Notes: generated by a model from the letters alone, not told the origin. Positions 8,206 through 16,697 are shown, counted from the stretch's first letter. The stretch is DNA of 20,000 bases from an uncultured virus (IMG/VR IMGVR_UViG_3300005469_000597) (IMGVR_UViG_3300005469_000597); one strand, 5' to 3'. Translations and numbers: made by a program.

Positions 8206-8903
8206 CGCCATGACTCGCCGGACATTTGAACGAAGTTGAACATTTCAAAGCAGCGGTCATAGATATGGTCGCCGTAGATTTCGCCAATCTGTTCAGGGGC
8301 GAGATTGGAGGTGACATGGGTAAAATCGCCGCGTCTTATGTCATATCGCCGTTGGAAGATATACTGAAAGACATTCTCCATATTACCGAAAAATCCGGTG
8401 GGGATACATTCGCGGCCGACTTCATCGAAAGCCTGACGGCATGATGTTATGTACTCCTCAATGCCTGGGTACCCTTCTTTGGCGAACATTCCGGCAACGT
8501 AGCTGGCGTTGGTAATGCGGAAGCTATATGCCCAGGGGTCGCGGCGCATCGTTCTCGGATTGTCTTTTTCCCGATAACATACAGGGCGGCGCACCATGTG
8601 GCAATAGTCTCGGATGATTTCAAGCATTGTCGATTTGCCGGTGCCGATGTCGCCCCATAGCCACAGACCTTTGTCGGGATCCAATTTGCCGTCAATCATC
8701 AGGCACCACCGCACAAGGTCGTTCAGTAAAGGCTTCATGCTGTCGCGGATTTGGAATTTGGGGCAAATGGACTTGCATATTTCGAGAAAATCAAGTTTCT
8801 CCTGACGGGTCACGTCTCTTGAGCCCGCAACTTGGCGTGACTTTTCCTCGAATGGGTATGCCGCCGCTTGGAGGTATCGGTCTATCTGTTCTGGTTTGCT
8901 CAT
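8202..8903 (-). CDS. DnaC/IstB-like AAA+ ATPase, putative helicase loader
   Basis: Walker A GLWLWGDIGTGKST, Walker B-like AFDEVGRE, HVTSNL, YGDHIYDRCFEM...GESWR; directly follows the initiator gene. Confidence 0.85.
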   Translation of the reverse strand: MSKPEQIDRYLQAAAYPFEEKSRQVAGSRDVTRQEKLDFLEICKSICPKFQIRDSMKPLLNDLVRWCLMIDGKLDPDKGLWLWGDIGTGKSTMLEIIRDYCHMVRRPVCYREKDNPRTMRRDPWAYSFRITNASYVAGMFAKEGYPGIEEYITSCRQAFDEVGRECIPTGFFGNMENVFQYIFQRRYDIRRGDFTHVTSNLAPEQIGEIYGDHIYDRCFEMFNFVQMSGESWR

Positions 8904-9687
8904 TTTGTTTCCTTTCTTTTTCTCGCTTTTCATCGTCGATTATCCACGAATTTGCTTTGCTATTCCAACGAGTAATGCGTCGGTTGTATTTATCAATCCA
9001 GCCTACAGCTGCGTAATTGTCGTAAAACCGACGCGCACTCTCTTCCCAATTTTCCAGACGCTTGTCGGCATCTTGGCTCAGGAAGTACCGCCGGACATCA
9101 TCGAGTGTCGGCGGCTCAAAAGTAATTTTTGGCTTTGGCGGAGATTTTTTCTTTGCAGCCTTTCTCTCTTCCTCAGCAAAAAGACTTTCAGGTTCTATGA
9201 GTTGAGGTGCGCCGCGTGTTGCGACAGCAACACTATTGTCTTTAGTCTTATGTCTTCTTTCTTCTATTAATAAGGTGGAATCAGGCGTTGTGTTACCTTT
9301 GTGTAACCCTTGTGTTACCTTTGTGTTTCCATTTGTGTTACCTTCGTGTTTCTCAGGGGAAACACAATCGGAAACACAAAACCTCTCATAAAGCTCCGAA
9401 TTATTGATATTGACCCCATCTATAAGATAGATAGTCGGACCTCTCCCTTGTGCCTCTATAAAATCAATCATACCGCGTTGCTTGAGCCTATTCCTGGCCT
9501 CTCCAATCGTCTTGCGAGAAATCTGAAGGCATACTTCCAAATTCCTCGTCTGCAATTCAAAGGGGTTAAGCCATCTTCTAATATTGCACTCATTTAGCAG
9601 GAAAAAGTAAATAGCAGTGTCTATATCTGAAAATTTCTTAACGCGATAGGCTTCCCAAAAGCGGTTTATTAAATCTATGTAGGTCAT
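8791..9687 (-). CDS. Phage replication initiator (N-terminal winged-helix, lambda O/DnaD-like organisation)
   Basis: MTYIDLINRFW...YFFLL..CN...W...ARNRLKQRG.IDF wHTH; repeat-coded linker; C-terminal F.PPTL.DV..YF...F.D.Y...GW....W domain. Confidence 0.8.
   Translation of the reverse strand: MTYIDLINRFWEAYRVKKFSDIDTAIYFFLLNECNIRRWLNPFELQTRNLEVCLQISRKTIGEARNRLKQRGMIDFIEAQGRGPTIYLIDGVNINNSELYERFCVSDCVSPEKHEGNTNGNTKVTQGLHKGNTTPDSTLLIEERRHKTKDNSVAVATRGAPQLIEPESLFAEEERKAAKKKSPPKPKITFEPPTLDDVRRYFLSQDADKRLENWEESARRFYDNYAAVGWIDKYNRRITRWNSKANSWIIDDEKREKERKQNEQTRTDRPIPPSGGIPIRGKVTPSCGLKRRDPSGET
9288..9379. repeat. Iteron array (putative replication origin) inside the initiator gene
   Basis: Six tandem ~11-bp units TTGTGTTACCT/TTGTGTAACCC/TTGTGTTACCT/TTGTGTTTCCAT/TTGTGTTACCT/TCGTGTTTCTC (9288-9354) plus two inverted GGAAACACAA copies (9358-9367, 9370-9379); AT-rich tract at ~9240-9273. 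Confidence 0.8.
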
Positions 9688-10133
9688 CGGTAAAGTGGGT
9701 ACTTGTTTAGAGCCTCTTCAATATATGGCGCTGGCGACACTCTAAGGTATCGGCACACGGCGGTTATGAACTCTATTATACCGTGGCAAACGGCATACAC
9801 ACTGCCGTTTCGCTCTACTAATTCTTGCCACGATTTCTGCTCGTCTGACTGGGTTCCGGCCTTAGAACCTTTGCGCTTGGGGACTTTCATCTCAATGCAG
9901 AGGCTCGCCTTGCCGCCCGATGGGAACAAGAGAATGAGGTCGGCCACTCCTTTGACCTGACCCTCATAGACCATAGATGCACCGGCACGGCCGCCACGCC
10001 ATCCTCCATTGGGAACAGAGAAAAGCAGACGGTCAACCTTTGGGAATGTCATACGGAACCAGCATACGCAAGTGTGCTGTATCTTGGCCTCTGAGTAGTC
10101 TTTCTCCGCTTCTAAGATTTCCTTTTCTGTCAT
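9684..10133 (-). CDS. VRR-NUC domain nuclease (Holliday-junction resolvase-like)
   Basis: EAKIQ..CV.WF...FP...LLFSVPNGG.R....GVADLILL.......L.IEMK......QS.EQK.W; ATGA overlap supports start at 10133. Confidence 0.88.
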   Translation of the reverse strand: MTEKEILEAEKDYSEAKIQHTCVCWFRMTFPKVDRLLFSVPNGGWRGGRAGASMVYEGQVKGVADLILLFPSGGKASLCIEMKVPKRKGSKAGTQSDEQKSWQELVERNGSVYAVCHGIIEFITAVCRYLRVSPAPYIEEALNKYPLYR

Positions 10134-10321
10134 GGTTTCGGATGTTCGGTGCGTCGGTCGCACTCGTTTAACTGTTTTACAATCTGCTTGACCCGTTCTA
10201 AATTGCCATCCCGATTGTCAAATACGGCGATGCTCTCAAGCTGCGGCCCGAACAATCCGATGCCGTTTTTGAGAATATGGATTCTCTCGCCGATGATTTT
10301 ATGACGGAACGCTCGTTTCAT
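10130..10321 (-). CDS. Hypothetical protein (63 aa)
   Basis: ORF coupled by ATGA overlaps at both ends. Confidence 0.7.
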   Translation of the reverse strand: MKRAFRHKIIGERIHILKNGIGLFGPQLESIAVFDNRDGNLERVKQIVKQLNECDRRTEHPKP

Positions 10322-12054
10322 AACTCATCTCTGAACAGGTTCATGGTGATGTTGACAATATCCTCCTCTATTTGAGTGGTTGTGCCGGTCACTCCGTTGG
10401 CGATGTCTTTCTTGGTCTGAATGATTTTATACATCTTCTCGTCAATGGTCTTGTCGCCGAGGAAGTAATAGCAGTTCACCGCGTTCTTTTGGCCGTTACG
10501 GTGGGCGCGGTCCTCGGCCTGCTCACAGTCGCTGTAAGTCCAGGGGAACTCGATAAAGCCTACGCGGCTGGCGGCTGTCAAGGTCAGGCCCGTACCGCCG
10601 GAACGATAGTTGAGGATAATGAGCTTGCAGTCGGGGTCGTTCTGGAACTTGTCAACGGCGGCCTGCTTCTGAGTGGTATTCTCGCTACCCGTTACGCAGA
10701 CGGCATCGGGAAATTCTTGTTTGAGAGCTGCCACTACATCTTTCAAGAAAGCGAACATGATCAACTTCTCGCCGCCGTCTATGATGTCGTGAATAAAATC
10801 CGACACGGCCTTGATTTTGCCGTGAGCTGCTATCTGTTTGAGGATGCCGATTTGCACCATCACCTGACCTCGCATGGCTCTCATCAGCTTGTCATCCGAG
10901 GCGTTCTTATACTGCCTCAGATAGCCGAGCAGGTTCTTCTCCGCATCTGTGTACTCCTTGCGGTTTGTGATGTCGCAGGTGATATACTGGCGCGTCTTGT
11001 CGGGGAGCTGGGTGAGAACCTTTTGCTTTTCCCGGCGAAAGAAACAACACATCCACAGACGGTAGTTCAACTCACGCAGATTGGAAGATTGCTTGGGTCC
11101 GTCGCAGAAGCGTCTCATAAATTGCTGATAGCCGCCGAAGTCCTCAAGACGGTCAAGAATTTTAAGCTGCTGCACAAGGTCGGTATTGTTGTTGACAACC
11201 GGGGTGCCGGTCAGCTCAAATATCCACCTCTTACCCTTGCAGATGCCCTCGACATACTTTGCCTGCTGGGTCTTGCTGCATTTGCACTTGTGGCTCTCGT
11301 CTATGATGACGCACTTAAAGAGATTGATGCGCTCGTCAAAATGAATGGAGCGGAGAGTGATACGCTTGGTGGCCGTGACTTTCGTGACGAAAAACTTTTT
11401 AAGGCTCTCGTAGTTGGTGATGAACACCGGGCAGATAGACTCTCCGTCAGGTCTCTTCAACTCGTAAAAACGGTGCCAGTCGGCTTTGTTGTGGTCATCG
11501 AGAATGATTGCATCAATACCGGCGAACTTCTTAAACTCGCGCTGCCAGTTGACTTTTAGAGCCGCCGGGCAGATTACAAGTACAGGGAAGGTGTCGCCAT
11601 ACTTGGCCGCTTCTTTGTGCGCCTTGACAACCGTGCAGATAGCTTGGAGCGTTTTGCCAAGTCCGGGCTGATCGCCAAAGATGCAACGCTGATGGTCCAA
11701 AGCATAGCGGACACCCTCCAACTGGTACTCATAAGGATTCAGGAGCATATAATGGTCGCCGGTGAACGGCTTCATCGGCGGTATCTCGAAGATAACATCA
11801 CTCGCTTCCTTACGCCTCTGAACCGACATGCAGTAACGATTCTTGACGGCCCACCCTGCAAAAGCCTCAACATACCACCGAGCATCAAAGCCCGGCGGAT
11901 AGAAGGGACTCTTCTTTGCTACAATCCACACGCGGTCTCCGTTGTCCCATCGGGGACGGCTGGGTATGCGCTTGATAACCTCTATGAGACGAGGATTGTA
12001 GTCAAAGGAGAGACGGAATGTGCCGGGTGTCTCGGTAACGTATATTGGGTTCAT
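10318..12054 (-). CDS. SNF2-family helicase, HARP/SMARCAL1-like annealing helicase
   Basis: N-terminal HARP-like F.YNP.LI..IK.IP....WD....VW; GDQPGLGKT, IIDESH, LTGTP, GTGLTLTAAS, QAEDRAHRNGQ. Confidence 0.9.
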   Translation of the reverse strand: MNPIYVTETPGTFRLSFDYNPRLIEVIKRIPSRPRWDNGDRVWIVAKKSPFYPPGFDARWYVEAFAGWAVKNRYCMSVQRRKEASDVIFEIPPMKPFTGDHYMLLNPYEYQLEGVRYALDHQRCIFGDQPGLGKTLQAICTVVKAHKEAAKYGDTFPVLVICPAALKVNWQREFKKFAGIDAIILDDHNKADWHRFYELKRPDGESICPVFITNYESLKKFFVTKVTATKRITLRSIHFDERINLFKCVIIDESHKCKCSKTQQAKYVEGICKGKRWIFELTGTPVVNNNTDLVQQLKILDRLEDFGGYQQFMRRFCDGPKQSSNLRELNYRLWMCCFFRREKQKVLTQLPDKTRQYITCDITNRKEYTDAEKNLLGYLRQYKNASDDKLMRAMRGQVMVQIGILKQIAAHGKIKAVSDFIHDIIDGGEKLIMFAFLKDVVAALKQEFPDAVCVTGSENTTQKQAAVDKFQNDPDCKLIILNYRSGGTGLTLTAASRVGFIEFPWTYSDCEQAEDRAHRNGQKNAVNCYYFLGDKTIDEKMYKIIQTKKDIANGVTGTTTQIEEDIVNITMNLFRDEL

Positions 12055-12057
12055 GTC

Positions 12058-12624
12058 TTATGCAGGTATCTCTTCAGGAATAGCTACATCTACTGTGGCT
12101 CCGGCCTCGCCGAATGGGTCTTCCGTATTGCCGGATGTGTCATCCTGATTGAAGTCCAGCACTCCGTCGGTGTCATACTTGCGGTCGAGTATATACTGCT
12201 CGACCTCATAGAGAAATGCCTGCACGGCCATGTCGAACTCATCGCCGTGTTCCAGACCCTCGTCGCCGAGGTCAACGCCGGGAGAGCATAGGTTCAACAC
12301 CTTTCTCGTCATGAGGATACGCTTGCCGCTCATCACTATGAACGGCGCAGAGTCATCGCCGCCCTTGCTCACGGCCGACACTGAAATCTGCTTCAGCAAT
12401 TCATTGTTGGCTTCTCCGTTAAGGTCAGACCAATCTATTGAGTCTGCCTCTTTCTGCTCAGTCAGTGCCGCGAAGAATGGTACCAACTCCTGAAGGCGAC
12501 TGCGCAGATCCACGTGGGCGCGGTGATTGCCTTTGATGGTAATCTCGTTGCCGTCCTGGTCAATGTAAGTCGCCTCAACGCTGCCTCCCTTGGTAAGTTT
12601 GGCTTTCTTGATTTTTAATTCCAT
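12058..12624 (-). CDS. Hypothetical phage protein with acidic tail (188 aa)
   Basis: Co-oriented ORF filling the gap, A-rich leader. Confidence 0.75.
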   Translation of the reverse strand: MELKIKKAKLTKGGSVEATYIDQDGNEITIKGNHRAHVDLRSRLQELVPFFAALTEQKEADSIDWSDLNGEANNELLKQISVSAVSKGGDDSAPFIVMSGKRILMTRKVLNLCSPGVDLGDEGLEHGDEFDMAVQAFLYEVEQYILDRKYDTDGVLDFNQDDTSGNTEDPFGEAGATVDVAIPEEIPA

Positions 12625-12642
12625 TTTTGTTTTTTTGAGGTG

Positions 12643-12678
12643 AAAAAATATCGGACGGCATTTGGCGCCGCCCGATTT
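12643..12678 (-). terminator. Intrinsic terminator after the NinB-like gene
   Basis: Minus strand ATCGGGCGGC-GCCAAAT-GCCGTCCGAT followed by ATTTTTT. Confidence 0.7.
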
Positions 12679-13096
12679 ATCGGTGTTTGTATTCGTTTAT
12701 GAAATCCTGATAATGCCTGTCCGCTGGCAATGGGAGGTTTATCCCGAACTCAGTAGCGGCATCAGCTTGAATCTTGTTGAGGTAGTCGGTCATCTGGAGC
12801 GTGTTCAGGTCTGTTGTGCTGCCTATCACATGAACCCATCGGCCTCTGACCGCTATGTCTCGCCCAAGGTATTTAGCCTTGTAGTAGTCGTGGATGTCAT
12901 CTTTCGGAGTGCCGGTCGCTTCCTCCATGCACTTGAACCACATCCACATCAGCGCATTTTGGCTTACTGTCCTCGGCTGTGTCTTACGGACTATCTTGAC
13001 AGTGTAGGTTCCGTTCTGGAGAAGTGAGCAGAGGTAGTCAAAGGACTTATCCATGCTCACCTCTCCGTTACACTTGGTAAGGGTAGCTTCAGGCAT
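12677..13096 (-). CDS. NinB/Orf-like recombination mediator
   Basis: RTVSQNALMW.W....E.TG......H...K..YL....STTDLNT.QM..YL..I...AA.E.GI.LP.P pattern. Confidence 0.72.
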   Translation of the reverse strand: MPEATLTKCNGEVSMDKSFDYLCSLLQNGTYTVKIVRKTQPRTVSQNALMWMWFKCMEEATGTPKDDIHDYYKAKYLGRDIAVRGRWVHVIGSTTDLNTLQMTDYLNKIQADAATEFGINLPLPADRHYQDFINEYKHR

Positions 13097-13682
13097 TGGT
13101 CTTGAACGGTAAGCCGTCTACACCGAGGTTTTGGGGCGTACTGCCACCGGCAGGATACTGGCCGGGGAACGGCGCGGCTTGCGGCGCGGCTGGTTGAGGA
13201 TATGACGGCTGTTGGGGATAGGCAGGTTGCTGGGGGTAGCTCGGCTGTTGGGGATAACCCTGCTGTGGATAGGTGGGCTGTTGAGGATATGCACCATATC
13301 CGGGCGCCGGTGCCGGTGCGGACTGTTGGGGATAGCCCTGCTGAGGCTGCTGACTGTAACCCTGCTGAGGCTGTTCCTGATAAGGAGTGATGTTGAGACC
13401 CTTGATTGACGTGAACACTCGGCCATTGTACTCTCGGCCGTTGACGCACGCATCGACGCTGACACGCTGGCCCGGCTGAAAGTTGTCAAGGAGTCCCATC
13501 TTGTCCCCGGTGAACTCCACTAATACATAGTTGGGATGCACAACGCCGTCGCGGTCGGACCACGAGTCATCGAGTATCAGCTCACGCTTTCTGAACGGAT
13601 CGCCGCCGTTTCTGGAGGGTATTTCCTGAACTTGGGAGATAGAATAAATGATTGCACCTCCCGAAATTTGTAATTTAATCAT
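13089..13682 (-). CDS. DUF3127-type single-stranded DNA-binding protein with Gln/Pro/Tyr-rich tail
   Basis: F.KRELIL.......PNY...EF.GDK..LLD.F..GQ.V.V...VNGREYNGR.F.SI OB fold; QQPxYP repeats; LPF near the C-terminus. Confidence 0.85.
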   Translation of the reverse strand: MIKLQISGGAIIYSISQVQEIPSRNGGDPFRKRELILDDSWSDRDGVVHPNYVLVEFTGDKMGLLDNFQPGQRVSVDACVNGREYNGRVFTSIKGLNITPYQEQPQQGYSQQPQQGYPQQSAPAPAPGYGAYPQQPTYPQQGYPQQPSYPQQPAYPQQPSYPQPAAPQAAPFPGQYPAGGSTPQNLGVDGLPFKTNA

Positions 13683-14742
13683 CGCTGTTATCTTTAAGTG
13701 TTATTTTGAACGAGCCGCTGACGGCCTTTTGGGTGAAATATTGAGCGGCCAAGTCGGGATGGTCTTTCTCGAAACTTTTTGCATCGAATGTCCGTCGCAT
13801 TGAGGCCGCTCCGAGAGTTGTCTTGAACAGACCGCTGTCCCAACTCCTTAGACCTCGCTTCTCCATCGCTTCTCTCAGCAAAGGCTTCACTCGGTCAAGT
13901 TCTGAGTCTATGTGCTGCTTTTGTTTGAGCAGCTTGTTTACATAGGCTATCATGTCTTCCGGCAAAATGCTCCCGGCATCGCTTGTGGACCGCTGTCCGA
14001 GTTGAGGATGCAGGAGCTTGCGGTCGGGATGCTCATAGACGATTGAGCCGTCAAAGGACTCATACCACACCGCTTTCAGCAGTTCAAGAACGAGTTCGTC
14101 GGGCTTGCGCTCGATAATCCAAAACGCTGCCTCATCCTTGCGGAGCCAGTTGGCACACAGACCTTCTACTTTGAGTCCGGGGTTCTGTCTCTCGAACAGC
14201 ACCGCGTACACTGACAGCTGCCATGAGAGATATTCTTTCAGACCGTCCGCGTGATTGGCGAAGTAGTTAGGCAATCCGTAGCCGTCAAGCGGATAGTAGT
14301 TGAGGTTGTTGGTCTTGGTGTCGGCCAGCCAGATGCCGCCGGTACTCTCGCGTATCCATACGTTGTCTATCTGAGATGCGTATTGGAAATTGTCGCTGAC
14401 AGTGTACTCGTTGGCAAGAGGAATGAAGCCCTGGCGGTGGCGGATGTAACTGTCAAGTTCGCGGCTCACGTCCCAATCTTCATCGCCGAAGCTATTGGGA
14501 TATGTGGTTTCCTTGATGCCGAGGTCATCATACAGCTCAATAGCTTTGTGGACGGATGAACCATACTGGCCGGCCCTTGGGATTGCCGTGTTCTTTACGA
14601 AGTCACTTGCATCAGGATAGACACCCAATTCAAGGACTGAATGAATGAGTCCGGTGATGCCCATCAGTCGCTTATCGCCGAGGGCATACCGGTGGAGCTC
14701 CTCATTGAACTCCACCGGGCTTTTAATCAGTTCGATGCTCAT
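13675..14742 (-). CDS. PD-(D/E)XK exonuclease (Cas4/RecB-like phage recombination exonuclease) with C-terminal coiled domain
   Basis: F.EE.HRY, GIT..I, GS.VH..IE, EY.VSD...YAS.ID, LAD.KT, YLSWQLSVYA.LFE motifs; coupled to ERF. Confidence 0.82.
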   Translation of the reverse strand: MSIELIKSPVEFNEELHRYALGDKRLMGITGLIHSVLELGVYPDASDFVKNTAIPRAGQYGSSVHKAIELYDDLGIKETTYPNSFGDEDWDVSRELDSYIRHRQGFIPLANEYTVSDNFQYASQIDNVWIRESTGGIWLADTKTNNLNYYPLDGYGLPNYFANHADGLKEYLSWQLSVYAVLFERQNPGLKVEGLCANWLRKDEAAFWIIERKPDELVLELLKAVWYESFDGSIVYEHPDRKLLHPQLGQRSTSDAGSILPEDMIAYVNKLLKQKQHIDSELDRVKPLLREAMEKRGLRSWDSGLFKTTLGAASMRRTFDAKSFEKDHPDLAAQYFTQKAVSGSFKITLKDNSDD

Positions 14743-15392
14743 TTAGCCGGATTTTGGATTGAGTGAGATTTTGCGCTTACAGCCTGATAGAACTCGGTGC
14801 CTTTGGCGCAGAGTGCCGGAACTGCGGTGCTCCACTTTTTCCACACAGATGTTATGTGGTCGGGGGTGGTGCATCGGCCAAGTTCCTCAAGCGCCTCTTT
14901 GAGTTGTGCGCCGGTGAACGTGGCGGCAGGTTGCTGATGTCCGCGTTCCTTGAACTCAGCCTGATTGCCGCAGGCGAGGTTGGCATCATCGTCGGTGTCA
15001 GCCACGATACCGAGGATAGCACAGTAGGAGTAGCGCTTCAGGTAGGTAATGGCGGAGCCATAAGCCTGATAGTCGGTTGTCTGATTGGGTAACATCAGTT
15101 CGCTCTTGAACCACTGGCCGCTCTTGTGCGAGAGGATGGTTACGAGCTTGCCGTCGCTGATGAGCTGACAGACGGAGAGACCGTTGGCTTTGAGAGCCGG
15201 GGTGGCGGCTTTCACACAAGCGCAGAGGTCTGCGTACTTGAACGAGTATGAGCCGCCGGTCTTGGTCTTCACCTTAACCTCTTTTTCAAGTTTGGGCTGC
15301 TCGACACTGCCCTGAAAGGCAGAGAGAGCTGCGCTGATTTCGTTGATACTCTCGCTCATGTAGGAGACGAGTCTGGGAGTTGTTTCTTCCAT
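14739..15392 (-). CDS. erf: ERF-family single-strand annealing recombinase
   Basis: YSFKYADL, GLSV.Q, TILSH.SGQW, QAYGSAITYLKRYSY.AILGI..D.DDD. Confidence 0.92.
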   Translation of the reverse strand: MEETTPRLVSYMSESINEISAALSAFQGSVEQPKLEKEVKVKTKTGGSYSFKYADLCACVKAATPALKANGLSVCQLISDGKLVTILSHKSGQWFKSELMLPNQTTDYQAYGSAITYLKRYSYCAILGIVADTDDDANLACGNQAEFKERGHQQPAATFTGAQLKEALEELGRCTTPDHITSVWKKWSTAVPALCAKGTEFYQAVSAKSHSIQNPAK

Positions 15393-15398
15393 TTTGAA

Positions 15399-15419
15399 TG
15401 GGTTTTATTGGTTTGACTT
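15399..15419 (-). repeat. Conserved leader motif AAGTCAAACCAATAAAACCCA (before ERF start)
   Basis: Identical 21-mer to 7894-7914. Confidence 0.85.
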
Positions 15420-15432
15420 ATGTTTCATTTCA

Positions 15433-15497
15433 CCTGTAAAGTTAAGGCAGATTGACGAGAGGTACAAACAGATTAAACACCATTTTATCAATATTTT
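15433..15497 (-). promoter_or_regulatory. Putative activator-dependent (middle) phage promoter, copy 3
   Basis: Minus strand AAAATATTGAT-AAAATGGTGT-TTAATCTG-TTTG-N20-TAACTTTA-CAG. Confidence 0.7.
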
Positions 15498-15509
15498 ACG
15501 CCTTAACAT

Positions 15510-15788
15510 TTACTGACATTTGACCCCGAAACGAGGAGCGTAGAAGTTGAAATTCCGACGCTCTACATCGGCATCTTCTGGATGCCATCTTGCATTCCTG
15601 AGCCATCTTTCATAGCACTCCTTACAGCGCCATTGATTGAGGACTGCAATATAGCACCCTTTGTCCGCAGGGAGATAGGGGCGTCCGCACCAGTCGCAGA
15701 TGCAGATTTCAGAGCCGACGGCATCCATCAGCTCCCCAGCGGTACATTCTATGACGAGGAATTTGCCTGCTTCGATTTGTTTAGCCAT
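15510..15788 (-). CDS. Small Cys-rich (CxxC...CxxC) hypothetical protein
   Basis: CDWC and CKEC pairs; overlaps upstream gene. Confidence 0.75.
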   Translation of the reverse strand: MAKQIEAGKFLVIECTAGELMDAVGSEICICDWCGRPYLPADKGCYIAVLNQWRCKECYERWLRNARWHPEDADVERRNFNFYAPRFGVKCQ

Positions 15789-16188
15789 TTTGTCTGATGT
15801 ATTTGAGAATTATCTTTGACAATCTTATTGTCTTCCGGCAAAGCTCCTCATCGAACATTCCGATGTGAGTTTGCTCCTTTGGCAATCGGAATGCGGTTGA
15901 CAAAACCTCGTAGGCCGCAGTCAGTGGCAGATAGCCCTCTTTCCAAATTGGGTCAAAAGCCTCGTGCGCCTGATGCTTCAGTTGTCGGAGTTCTTTGTTT
16001 GCAACTCTGCCAAGTGCTTTGTCAGTACCTTTGTGGCATCCGACCCATGCACCGCACGGCTCACACAGGTAGCACTTGGTGCCATAGGAGCGCCCATAGA
16101 TTTGTGAGTCGTCAACGAGTTTAGTTGGAGATCCACAATACGGGCAACTCCAGCCGAGAAGCACAAGCGGATCATCTTTCAATGTCAT
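15781..16188 (-). CDS. Zinc-finger protein, DUF3268-like
   Basis: CPYCG...IYG....YLC..C.AWVGCH.GT..ALG..AN.ELR.....AH..FD.IW...HIGMFD...C. Confidence 0.8.
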   Translation of the reverse strand: MTLKDDPLVLLGWSCPYCGSPTKLVDDSQIYGRSYGTKCYLCEPCGAWVGCHKGTDKALGRVANKELRQLKHQAHEAFDPIWKEGYLPLTAAYEVLSTAFRLPKEQTHIGMFDEELCRKTIRLSKIILKYIRQNG

Positions 16189-16405
16189 TTTTGATGTGGT
16201 CTATCGCGGCGTTCAAGGCATCCTGAAACTCGTCGAGGTGTTCAGGATGCAGGAAGATACGCTGCCGTTTCCTTGGGCCTTTCGACTTGTCTGTCGGAAT
16301 TTCCGATATGGCAATATAAGGAGAGCCCTTGCTGTCCTTGTGGGTGTCTATGTAGTAGACGCGAGTCCCACCACTGACACGCTTTGAGAATGTCGGTTTA
16401 TCCAT
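16172..16405 (-). CDS. PUR-alpha/DUF3276-like nucleic-acid-binding protein (77 aa)
   Basis: FSKRV..GTR.YYID...D..G..YI.ISE......R.RIF...E....F...L; start at ATG 16405 because the upstream in-frame region is a tRNA-like element. Confidence 0.78.
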   Translation of the reverse strand: MDKPTFSKRVSGGTRVYYIDTHKDSKGSPYIAISEIPTDKSKGPRKRQRIFLHPEHLDEFQDALNAAIDHIKNDIER

Positions 16406-16426
16406 GTTGATGATGTGTTGATGATG

Positions 16427-16505
16427 TTGTCGGGAGAGTTGGACTTGAACCAACTTGTCAACTATTCGATATGCGTCCCGTCGCCCTGTGCGATGCCCAT
16501 ACCCG
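16427..16505 (-). ncRNA. Degenerate tRNA-like element 1
   Basis: Perfect T-arm GTTGG-TTCAAGT-CCAAC, partial acceptor CGGG/CCCG, ends A-CAA, D-like hairpin TCGC/GCGA, no anticodon stem; tRNA-sized. Confidence 0.5.
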
Positions 16506-16560
16506 TATTTATTGACGCCAGCCTCTACTGGTAGCACTTGCCGTGTGCAATTCTCCCGTG

Positions 16561-16592
16561 AAAAACCGGACTATCTTCGCAGACGGCCCGGT
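16561..16592 (-). terminator. Intrinsic terminator within the structured early region
   Basis: Minus strand ACCGGGCCGTCT-GCGA-AGATAGTCCGGT followed by TTTT. Confidence 0.7.
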
Positions 16593-16616
16593 GCTAATGA
16601 TATTATTCTAATTGGG

Positions 16617-16697
16617 TGGTGGACGGTGCAGGAGTCGAACCCACCTCTCTGCATCGGCGCGCCTCAGCAGTGTTTCAGCCATCTAAACTGACCGCCC
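16617..16697 (-). ncRNA. tRNA-like element 2: Ala-type acceptor (G3-U70, A73, CCA) with 14-nt non-canonical anticodon loop
   Basis: GGGCGGT CA GTTT AGATGGCTG AAAC A CTGC TGAGGCGCGCCGAT GCAG AGAG GTGGG TTCGACT CCTGC ACCGTCC A CCA. Confidence 0.8.

Noticed and set aside
1194..12291. Long plus-strand ORFs (e.g. 1194-1856, 3493-4614, 6617-7501, 10372-11559, 11617-12291)
   Set aside because: They are antisense shadows of well-supported minus-strand genes, have no recognisable motifs, and are expected from codon bias at this GC content.
13185..13385. Tandem 15-18-bp repeats resembling a repeat array
   Set aside because: In-frame coding repeats for the SSB QQPxYP tail; no unique spacers, so not CRISPR.
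13675..14742. Cas4-like nuclease as evidence of a CRISPR system
   Set aside because: No cas genes or array; no Fe-S cysteine set; context with ERF indicates a recombination exonuclease.
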